From an uncultured Anaerolineales bacterium (GTDB lineage: Bacteria > Chloroflexota > Anaerolineae > UBA7937 > B3-Chlor), in assembly GCA_964347945.1 (NCBI GenBank), contig CAYGAW010000055.1, positions 4,787-68,786 of the forward strand: 64,000 nucleotides of DNA, written 5' to 3'. The notes below the pieces were generated by a model. The model was not told where the DNA came from. It ran no database searches and saw only the letters and a program-made list of their open reading frames with translations. The translations under genes were made by a program, and so were the position numbers. How positions within the stretch are numbered: the first letter of the stretch is position 1; each line of letters opens with the position of its first letter. This document shows, piece by piece, positions 1 through 7,396 of the stretch.

Positions 1-876
1 GTACGCCAGTTTGAGCCGCTCCGCCTCCTTCCAGGGAAGGTTGAAGCTCTCAGCAAGGCGGTCGGTAAAGTCTCGTCCTCCCATGGGAATGCTCGACGTC
101 CGCCATGCCTTCCCATTGCGAGCCAACATCACATCGGTGGACCTTCCGCCTATATCGACACATATGGCTTCCCTTTCGACGACTGAGTGGGCCAAGGCCT
201 GCCAACCCGATGCGATCGCTGAGACGCCCAGCCCCAATTCCTCGGTCATCGCTTCAACAATTCTCAGATACGGTGACGAGGCAACCACATTGCAGATGGC
301 AACGGTCACCTTCCCGCCGCGGAAACCGACGGGATTCTTCACGTGCCGCCCGTCAATGAGGATGTCTGCCACCCCAGCTTCCAGCAACTCAAGCGCTTCC
401 CGTTGAGCCCATTGGAGAGGAAGAATACCCTGGGACAATTGTCGCAGAGCCAAGCGTTGAACGCGCTTGACAACCTCCCTCAGTTCCTTATCAGTCACCC
501 GCCTATCGGGATCGGGACGCCTGATCGTGGCCCCAAACGTATCGGCCGTGGTCGCCCTGTTCGGCAAGCCAACCACGACCCAATCAGGTACAACCTGCCT
601 ACCGTAATAGCCCTCCGTCATGTCCTCCGCTTGACGGAGAGCTCTGTCGCAAGCTCTTGTCAGCGTTCCCGCGTCAGCGTTGGAACCACTCACGCCCCCC
701 ACCATCGGCTGCCGCAGGAACGCTCTCCCGGCACCAATCACAGCGCACATGCTTGGCTGCAGCTCCAACACGAGAGCCTTCACTTGCTCAGTGCCTAGGT
801 CGAGAACACTGCAATGGGCTTGCTGTTCCGTCCCCTTCGTACGTCTCCCCGCTATCCTGGACCACAAGTCGTGCAA
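1..876 (-). CDS. ftsA: FtsA-like actin-fold cell-division ATPase, 3' end beyond the left window edge
   Basis: Not in the ORF track because the frame stays open to the window edge. My hand translation of the reverse strand reads ...HCSVLDLGTEQVKALVLE...ILIDGRHVKNPVGFRGGKV...REAICVDIGGRSTDVMLARNGK...IPMGGRDFTDRLAE.... This gives the phosphate-1 (LDLGT) and phosphate-2 (VDIGGRSTD) motifs and an FtsA-type middle region. The start is assumed to be TTG 876-874, 2 nt after the alaS stop, with GAAGG 5 nt upstream. Confidence 0.55.
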   Translation of the reverse strand, partial: MHDLWSRIAGRRTKGTEQQAHCSVLDLGTEQVKALVLELQPSMCAVIGAGRAFLRQPMVGGVSGSNADAGTLTRACDRALRQAEDMTEGYYGRQVVPDWVVVGLPNRATTADTFGATIRRPDPDRRVTDKELREVVKRVQRLALRQLSQGILPLQWAQREALELLEAGVADILIDGRHVKNPVGFRGGKVTVAICNVVASSPYLRIVEAMTEELGLGVSAIASGWQALAHSVVEREAICVDIGGRSTDVMLARNGKAWRTSSIPMGGRDFTDRLAESFNLPWKEAERLKLAY

Positions 877-878
877 CT

Positions 879-3503
879 TTACCTTCGCCCTACCAGGTCG
901 GCCACCAGGCTCAGCGCTTCTGCTATCCGTTCGGGATCCTTCCCTCCCGCCTGTGCCAGAGTCGGGCGCCCTCCCCCACCCCCACCCACTACCGCAGCAA
1001 CCTCTTTGATCAACTGGTCAGCCTTCAAGCCCTTGTCGACTAGGTCCGGGGTCACCGCTGCGACGAAGCCTGGCCTGCCACTCACTACAGCGCCCAATAC
1101 TATGACTGCCGAGCCCAGTTGGTCTCTCAGCCAGTCAGTCATCTCCCGGAGTGTCTCCATGGTGGTAGCCTCAACCTCTGCGGCGACGAAGCTAACCCCG
1201 TTGACCTCGCGCACTTCTTCCAGCACTCGACTCACCTCGGCTCTGGCCAAGCTCCGCTGCGACTCCAACGCCTCTTTCCGTTGAGACTCCAGATCAGATA
1301 TGAGGGCGCTCAAGTTGGATTCAACATCCGCGATTGTTCCTCCCAGCTGGGAAGCTACCCTACCAAGAAGATGCAGCTGTTGCCTTACGTACGTCTCAGC
1401 TCCGCGGCCGGTCACGGCCTCGATGCGGCGCAGCCCTCTACCAATACTGCCTTCGCTCAAGACGTGGAAGAACCCGATTTGACCAGTGGCCCGCAGATGG
1501 GTCCCGCCGCAGAGCTCACGAGTATAGTCGCCCGTGCTGACGATCCGAACTTCATCACCATACCTCTCACCGAAGATGGCAAAAGCCCCAGAAGCGACGG
1601 CCGCCTCGTAGTCGGTAACTTGGGTGACGACCGGCAGATCGTCCCTGATCTTGGCATTGACCAGCCTCTCTACAGCATCCAGTTCGTCCGTCGTCAGTGC
1701 CTGCAAGTGCGTGAAATCGAAACGTAGCCTCTCAGGAGCAACCTCGGATCCGGACTGCTGAGCGTGATCTCCCAGGACTTCACGCAGAGCCTTGTGCAGA
1801 AGGTGGGTAGCTGTATGATTACGAGCAATATCCAGACGCCTGGCCTCGTCCACCTTCGCGACCACTACGTCTCCCACTCGGACCGAGCCCCGCGTGACAG
1901 TCCCGTAGTGCAGGGTGAGTCCGGGCAGCGGGCTCTGCGTATCCGACACCGCTATCTCGCCCGCGGGATTGCTCAGCGTGCCGGTGTCACCAACTTGTCC
2001 CCCGGCCTCAGCGTAGAAAGCCGTCTGCCGGAGCACGACGGCAACCCGATCGTGCTCTGTCACTTCATCCACAACTTGCCCATCCCGTGCCAAGTTGATG
2101 ACCTCGGTCGTCGCCTCCAATGTCTCGTAGCCTAGGAAACCGGTCTCAGGCAACTCCAGAGAACGATAGAATTCGCCCTCCTTTGCCAATCCGAAGGCCT
2201 GCGCGTGCCTTGCCCGTTCGCGCTGCTCGAACATGGCCTGTGCGAATCCTTCTTCATCCAGCACGAGCCCCTTCTCGGCAGCCATCTCTCTGGTCAACTC
2301 CACAGGAAACCCATAGGTGTCATACAGGCGGAAAACCTGACGTCCCGGGATCTGTTTGGTCCCTTCCGAGGAGAGCCCAGCGATCAGGTCCTCCACTATG
2401 GTCGAGCCGATAGTCAAGGTGTATTGAAAGGCCCTCTCCTCTTGAGCCAGGACCTCCAAGATGAAGTCTCTCCGGACCCTTACCTCGGGGTACTGCTCGC
2501 CCATGACGTCCATCACTACTTGAGCTATCTCTTTGAGGAAGGGATCTTCCCTTCCCAACAGCTTGCCATGGCGCACTGCGCGCCGGAGAATGCGCCGCAA
2601 CACGTATCCACGCCCCTCATTGCTGGGCAGGACGCCATCGGCAACCAAGAACGTGATCGCACGCCCGTGCTCGGCGATGATACGGAGCGAACGATCCACT
2701 GTCTCATCGTCACCGTATGACCTGCGCACCAACTCGCCAGCCCTGCCGACGATAGGAGTGAAGAGATCTGTTTCGTAGACAGAGCCCACATCCTGCATTG
2801 CCGCAGCTGTCCGCTCCAATCCCATACCAGTATCGATGTTCTGCTGGGGGAGAGGTACGAGCTTGCCCTCCGAATCCTGGCCGTACTCCATGAAAACCAA
2901 GTTCCATATCTCCAGGAATCGCGCACAGTCGCAGCCGGGCAGGCAGCTCTCCCGACCGCACCCCACCTCAGCACCGCGGTCATAGAAGATCTCCGAGCAA
3001 GGGCCGCAGGGTCCTGTTTCGCCGGCAGGGCCCCAGAAATTGTCTTCCTTGCCCAGGCGAACTATCTTGGAAGCTGGCAACGCAATCTCCTGCCATAGAG
3101 AGAAAGCGTCCTCATCGTCATGGTAGATGCTGGCCCAGATGCGATCCTCGGGCAGGTCCAAACATTCTGTGACAAACTCCCACGCCAGCTCGATGGCACC
3201 TCGCTTGAAGTAATCACCTATGGAGAAGCTGCCGAGCATCTCAAAGAAGGTAAGGCTACGCTCGTTGCCGACTTTGTCGATGTCTGTAGTCCGAAAGCAC
3301 TTCTGCGCAGAGGCTAGACGCCTTGAGGGTGGCTCCGCCTCGCCAGAGAAGTATGGCTTGAACTGCACCATTCCAGCTCCTGTAAAAAGGAGAGTTGGGT
3401 CACCCTCAGGGATCAAGGAAGAGCTGGGGACCACCAAGTGCCCCCGCTCAGCGAAGAAATCCAAGAACGCGAATCTTATCTCTGCACCGCTCGTCGGTCT
3501 CAT
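879..3503 (-). CDS. alaS: Alanyl-tRNA synthetase
   Basis: 880-aa ORF. The N-terminus (MRPTSGAEIRFAFLDFFAERGHLVVPSSSLIP, FTGAGMVQFKPYF) and overall length are typical of AlaRS. The ORF track starts at TTG 3521. I prefer ATG 3503 because the family N-terminus begins there. Confidence 0.95.
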   Translation of the reverse strand: MRPTSGAEIRFAFLDFFAERGHLVVPSSSLIPEGDPTLLFTGAGMVQFKPYFSGEAEPPSRRLASAQKCFRTTDIDKVGNERSLTFFEMLGSFSIGDYFKRGAIELAWEFVTECLDLPEDRIWASIYHDDEDAFSLWQEIALPASKIVRLGKEDNFWGPAGETGPCGPCSEIFYDRGAEVGCGRESCLPGCDCARFLEIWNLVFMEYGQDSEGKLVPLPQQNIDTGMGLERTAAAMQDVGSVYETDLFTPIVGRAGELVRRSYGDDETVDRSLRIIAEHGRAITFLVADGVLPSNEGRGYVLRRILRRAVRHGKLLGREDPFLKEIAQVVMDVMGEQYPEVRVRRDFILEVLAQEERAFQYTLTIGSTIVEDLIAGLSSEGTKQIPGRQVFRLYDTYGFPVELTREMAAEKGLVLDEEGFAQAMFEQRERARHAQAFGLAKEGEFYRSLELPETGFLGYETLEATTEVINLARDGQVVDEVTEHDRVAVVLRQTAFYAEAGGQVGDTGTLSNPAGEIAVSDTQSPLPGLTLHYGTVTRGSVRVGDVVVAKVDEARRLDIARNHTATHLLHKALREVLGDHAQQSGSEVAPERLRFDFTHLQALTTDELDAVERLVNAKIRDDLPVVTQVTDYEAAVASGAFAIFGERYGDEVRIVSTGDYTRELCGGTHLRATGQIGFFHVLSEGSIGRGLRRIEAVTGRGAETYVRQQLHLLGRVASQLGGTIADVESNLSALISDLESQRKEALESQRSLARAEVSRVLEEVREVNGVSFVAAEVEATTMETLREMTDWLRDQLGSAVIVLGAVVSGRPGFVAAVTPDLVDKGLKADQLIKEVAAVVGGGGGGRPTLAQAGGKDPERIAEALSLVADLVGRR

Positions 3504-3550
3504 CCACCGATGCTCCAACAACGTCTACGCATGGTGTGAGTTTGGAAAAC

Positions 3551-3579
3551 ATTCTAGGACAACGGGCTATCATTGTCAA
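3551..3579 (-). promoter_or_regulatory. Sigma-70-type promoter for alaS
   Basis: The reverse strand reads TTGACA, a 17-nt spacer, then TAGAAT. The -35 element is at 3579-3574 and the -10 at 3556-3551, about 45 nt upstream of the alaS start. Confidence 0.6.
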
Positions 3580-3601
3580 ACCTCCACCCCGTTGCGAGAC
3601 C

Positions 3602-3630
3602 TTGACTTACCGAGCCCCATTGCTTAGAAT
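3602..3630 (+). promoter_or_regulatory. Sigma-70-type promoter, distal promoter upstream of rplY
   Basis: TTGACT (3602-3607), a 17-nt spacer, then TAGAAT (3625-3630). Confidence 0.5.
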
Positions 3631-3695
3631 CCCGCTGCCGCAGGAGGAGGTCAGTTGACAAGAGACGCCGTGGCATGACGACCAGGGGGCACTAC

Positions 3696-3723
3696 TTGAC
3701 GAACGTTCATGTGGTGATATAAT
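3696..3723 (+). promoter_or_regulatory. Sigma-70-type promoter with extended -10, proximal to rplY
   Basis: TTGACG (3696-3701), a 16-nt spacer, then TGaTATAAT (3715-3723) followed by AGTAG. Confidence 0.6.
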
Positions 3724-3755
3724 AGTAGGTTTAGAATGGCAAGGAAAGGTAAGGA

Positions 3756-4454
3756 TTGATGGAACAGATAGAGCTGAGAGCCGAAACGCGAAACCTGTTC
3801 GGCAAGAAAACCAAGCGTCTGCGAAGATCGGGAATTGTCCCTGCGACCCTCTACGGACCGAGAATCGAAGCTATCTCTCTTCAGGTGCCAGAGCGAGATC
3901 TGCGTCTGGTACTGGATCGAGCTGGCATGAACCAACTGATCACGCTGTGGATAGATCAGGCAGACAAACCGCGTATGACGTTGGCTCGTGAGGTCCAACG
4001 CGATTTGATCACCCGGTCCCTCATTCACGTTGATCTGTACCAGGTGGTGATGACCGAGAGGATCACGGCCGACACGCCTCTCGTGCTTGTTGGAGAATCA
4101 CCTGGTGTGGTCGGCAAAGAGGGGTTGCTGGTGCGAGGCCTCGACTCGGTTGAGGTACAGTGTCTCCCTGGTGAGTTGCCGGAGTCCATAGAGGTCGATG
4201 TGAGCGTGCTAGAGGAGAAGGATCAAGCGATCTTGGTCCAGGATCTCGTCGTGGACGACGCTGTTGAGATCCTGACCAATCCCGACGAAGTCGTGGTCAA
4301 GCTACTGCCGTTCAGGGAAGTGGTGATCGAAGAGATCGTCCCGGAAGAAGTCGAAGTCGCTGAAGTAGAGGCCATAGCCGCAGCCGAGGAACGCGAAGAG
4401 GTATTCGCAGAGGAGGCGGAGCCACCGACCGAAGAGCAACCGGAAGGCGACTAG
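3756..4454 (+). CDS. rplY: Ribosomal protein L25 / Ctc family
   Basis: MEQIELRAETRNLFGKKTKRLRRSGIVPATLYG plus an acidic C-terminal tail, as in long-form L25/Ctc. The start may be ATG 3759 rather than TTG 3756. Confidence 0.9.
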   Translation: MMEQIELRAETRNLFGKKTKRLRRSGIVPATLYGPRIEAISLQVPERDLRLVLDRAGMNQLITLWIDQADKPRMTLAREVQRDLITRSLIHVDLYQVVMTERITADTPLVLVGESPGVVGKEGLLVRGLDSVEVQCLPGELPESIEVDVSVLEEKDQAILVQDLVVDDAVEILTNPDEVVVKLLPFREVVIEEIVPEEVEVAEVEAIAAAEEREEVFAEEAEPPTEEQPEGD

Positions 4455-4497
4455 GATCAGTCCTTCAAGGACCGCGACCTGAAGAGAGGAGATATCT

Positions 4498-5559
4498 GTG
4501 TTTAGTCCTTTGAACGCCGTTCTGGGTCTATTCTCCCGAGACATCAGCATCGACTTGGGTACAGCCAATACCTTGGTCCTGGTGCGAGGCCAAGGAATCG
4601 TAATCAACGAACCATCCGTGGTCGCCATCGAGAAGAAGAGCAAGAAAGTTCTGGCCGTCGGTGACGAGGCCAAGGAGATGGTCGGACGCACACCGGCTAA
4701 CATCGTCGCGGTCAGACCCCTCCGGGACGGAGTCATCTCGGACTTTGATGTCGCCGAGAGAATGCTCCACTACTTCATAAAAAAGGTCCATGAGCGGGCT
4801 CTCCTCCCTATTCCACGACCGCGGGTCGTCGTGGGTCTCCCCAGCGGCGTCACGGAGGTCGAAAAAAGGGCTGTGCACGATGCCTGTGTCAACGCTGGTG
4901 CCCGTCAAACTCTACTTATCGAGCAGCCCACCGCCGCCGCCATAGGAGCCGACCTTCCCATAAACGAGACAGTGGGAAGTATGATCGTTGACATCGGAGG
5001 AGGAACCTCGGAAATGGCGGTGTTCGCCCTCGGGGGCATCATCGCTAGCCGCTCTCTGCGAGTGGCTGGGGACGAGATGGACGAGGAGATAATTCGCTAT
5101 GCGCGTGAGAAATACAACCTCCTGATCGGCCAACGGATGGCTGAACGGATCAAGATCGCCATCGGCTCCGCTTACCCTCTCTCGGAGGAGCAGAGCATGA
5201 CGCTGCGCGGCCGCAATCTCATCACGGGTCTCCCGGAGGCCGTGGAAATCAGTAGCGTTGAGGTCCGAGAGGCCCTGTCGCCTACCGTGAACCTGATCGT
5301 CGAAGAAATCCGTACCACCCTCGAAGAAACCCCACCAGAGTTGATTGCCGACTTGATGGAACAAGGCATAGCCCTCGCCGGCGGTGGTGCTCTCCTCAAA
5401 GGGATAGCAGAACGCCTCTCCGACGAAACCAAGATGCGCGTCTATGTGACTGATGACGCGATGACGTGCGTGGTTCGTGGCGGGGGGATAGTTCTCGAAC
5501 ACCTAGATACCTTGACCCACTTACTGACCACCACTCAGCGACGCAACACACGGCGCTAG
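4498..5559 (+). CDS. mreB: Rod-shape protein MreB
   Basis: FSRDISIDLGTANTLVLVRGQGIVINEPSVVAI and DIGGGTSEMAV motifs. 353 aa. Confidence 0.95.
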   Translation: MFSPLNAVLGLFSRDISIDLGTANTLVLVRGQGIVINEPSVVAIEKKSKKVLAVGDEAKEMVGRTPANIVAVRPLRDGVISDFDVAERMLHYFIKKVHERALLPIPRPRVVVGLPSGVTEVEKRAVHDACVNAGARQTLLIEQPTAAAIGADLPINETVGSMIVDIGGGTSEMAVFALGGIIASRSLRVAGDEMDEEIIRYAREKYNLLIGQRMAERIKIAIGSAYPLSEEQSMTLRGRNLITGLPEAVEISSVEVREALSPTVNLIVEEIRTTLEETPPELIADLMEQGIALAGGGALLKGIAERLSDETKMRVYVTDDAMTCVVRGGGIVLEHLDTLTHLLTTTQRRNTRR

Positions 5560-5574
5560 CGCAAGGAGGCTGTC

Positions 5575-6411
5575 TTGTCGCGGTTCCGGCGAGGAGGAAT
5601 TGCCATATTCCTCCTCCTTTTCCTTTCATTAGCGGTGCTTGGCTTGCTCCTCGACCGAGCCAACCGCCTTCAGCCCGTGAAGAATGCTGTGAGCCTAATT
5701 ACTGTGCCTGTGCAGGAGGGACTCACCTCCCTGGCGGGTCGCGTCGCCAACGCCCGTCGCTTCTTCGCCGATGTGGAGGCCTGCCGGGCGCAGAATGAAG
5801 ACCTGCAAGTGCTCGTCGATCAACTCATCATCGAGAATGTGCGCCTGCGCGAGGCTGAGATCGAAAATGTGACTTTGCGAGAACAGCTCAATTTCAAGCA
5901 AGCCAACCCGTCCCTTGAACTCCTGTCGGCGCAGGTCATTGGTCGGGACCCGAGCAACGTGGTGAGCTATCTGATCATCGATCGAGGCACTGCAGAAGGC
6001 GTTGCTGTCGGTATGCCGGCCCTCACGCACCGAGGGCTAGTGGGAAGAGTGACAGAGGCCAACCTTCGCTCCTCCAAAATCCTCTTGATAACGGACCCCA
6101 GCAGCTCGGTCAATGCTGTGATTCAAGAGTCACGCGCCACAGGCGTGGTCCAGGGAAAAGCGCGGGAGGCGCTTACGATGCGTTACATCCAGCAGACGGA
6201 GGAGGTTAGTCCCGGCGACTTGGTGCTTACCTCCGGGCTGGGAGGCAACTTCCCCACGCGACTGATCATCGGCCAGGTGACCTCGGTTAGGAAGAAAGAC
6301 GTCGAACTGTTCCAAGAAGCCGAAGTGAGGCCGGCCGTCGAATTCTGGCGGCTGGAGATGGTCATGATACTCACCAGCTTCGAGCCTATCGACTTCGAGA
6401 GTGAGGAATAG
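5575..6411 (+). CDS. mreC: Rod-shape protein MreC
   Basis: N-terminal TM segment, a coiled-coil region (ENVRLREAEIENVTLREQL), a C-terminal beta domain (GLVGRVTEA..., LVLTSGLGGNFP), and position directly after mreB. Confidence 0.85.
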   Translation: MSRFRRGGIAIFLLLFLSLAVLGLLLDRANRLQPVKNAVSLITVPVQEGLTSLAGRVANARRFFADVEACRAQNEDLQVLVDQLIIENVRLREAEIENVTLREQLNFKQANPSLELLSAQVIGRDPSNVVSYLIIDRGTAEGVAVGMPALTHRGLVGRVTEANLRSSKILLITDPSSSVNAVIQESRATGVVQGKAREALTMRYIQQTEEVSPGDLVLTSGLGGNFPTRLIIGQVTSVRKKDVELFQEAEVRPAVEFWRLEMVMILTSFEPIDFESEE

Positions 6412-6423
6412 GTCCGGGGGTAA

Positions 6424-6933
6424 TTGCCTATCAAGACCTACGCCGCTTTTGCATTGCTGGCTGCGGTGGCGCTGGTTCAGTCATCGGTGCTCTACCGCTT
6501 CTCCCTGGTGGGCGCACGCCTCAACCTTATGCTCCTTGTCGTAGTGTCATGGAGCCTGCTGAGGGGACCCAGAGAGGGAATCGTCTGGGGCTTCATTGGC
6601 GGTCTGTCTCTGGACTTTCTCTCAGGCGCGCCGATTGGCAGCTGTGCATTCGCCCTCACTGTCGCGGGATATCTCGCCAGCCTGGGCCAGTTGACTCTCT
6701 ACCGTACGAGCCCGGCGTTCCCCTCTGTCGTAGCTCTCGGAACCAGTCTAGTCTATGATATCATAATCATGATACTTCTTTCCACGACTGGTCGCTTGGC
6801 GGCATGGCAAGAGACCCTCGTCGCAGTCACCATGCCGACTGCCTTACTCGCGAGCTTGATGATGCCCCTGGTGCATCGAGGCCTGACTTGGCTTCACCGC
6901 AAGACGCTTCCGGAAGAGACGGAACTCCAGTGA
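6424..6933 (+). CDS. mreD: Rod-shape protein MreD
   Basis: 169-aa polytopic membrane protein immediately after mreC. The size and hydrophobic pattern are typical of MreD. Confidence 0.7.
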   Translation: MPIKTYAAFALLAAVALVQSSVLYRFSLVGARLNLMLLVVVSWSLLRGPREGIVWGFIGGLSLDFLSGAPIGSCAFALTVAGYLASLGQLTLYRTSPAFPSVVALGTSLVYDIIIMILLSTTGRLAAWQETLVAVTMPTALLASLMMPLVHRGLTWLHRKTLPEETELQ

Positions 6934-7089
6934 CAGAGTAGTTGATGGCGAGATCCGGGCTCAACAAGATAGCTCCGTGTGCCGGGGCACGGATGACTAT
7001 CTGCTTGCCAAACTTGCTCGCATCATATGCTGGCCGAGTGGAGCGAGCTCATCTGCTTTAGTGGCGACTTCTACCGCTTGGCGCCACTC

Positions 7090-7396
7090 TCGAAGGGGAG
7101 GAGCAGGCTGGATGATGACCTGCACCTGGTCATATCTGCGCCAGCCTGGCGAGAGAGCGCTGCCATGCTTGTGCCAGCCCGCAGTCGTTATGCGTTCGGC
7201 CAGCAGGTGGAAACGGGGTGAAAAGGTGAGACACTACCATGGAGTTTGGATCAGGGAAGAGGTCCCTTTGGGTAGCTACGCACTGCAGGTGACACCAGTT
7301 GACCCACCACGCCAGACGGCATGCCTCTCCTGGGTGACTGACGCTAGCCTGGTACAAGGCTACCTGGAGTGGTCACCAATCGAGGCGAAAAGCTAA
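7090..7396 (+). pseudogene. Relic copy of the GT-C C-terminal beta-sandwich repeat
   Basis: The frame of ORF 6977..7396 gives RRGGAGWMMTCTWSYL...SRWKRGEKVRHYHGVWIREEVPLGSYALQVTPV. Repeat 3 of the downstream gene reads RKGGSLELDLTWQAL...SQWREGETVVDPHTVWTDGNAPLGLYRVQVGLY. The middle of the repeat is deleted and the composition is rich in W, C and R. It ends at TAA 7394-7396, directly abutting the GTG start of the next gene in the same frame. Confidence 0.35.

Noticed and set aside
3522-3755. A possible T-box or other leader RNA upstream of alaS (and likewise at 13920-14045 upstream of gltX), plus a 7-codon mini-ORF (TTG 3655..TGA 3678) behind a strong AGGAGGAGG upstream of rplY.
   Set aside because: The alaS promoter leaves only a ~45-nt leader and the gltX gap is ~125 nt, both too short for a T-box. 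I could not find specifier or T-box sequence motifs. The mini-ORF may be chance, and TTGACA at 3655 also looks like a stray -35 box. Nothing else supports it.
7394-7396. Programmed read-through of the TAA separating ORF 6977..7396 from the GT-C gene.
   Set aside because: The upstream ORF looks decayed, with a repeat bearing an internal deletion and a non-homologous 5' half. A soluble beta-sandwich fused ahead of the first TM helix would sit on the wrong side of the membrane. The relic-of-a-lost-paralog explanation is preferred, as reported in the findings.
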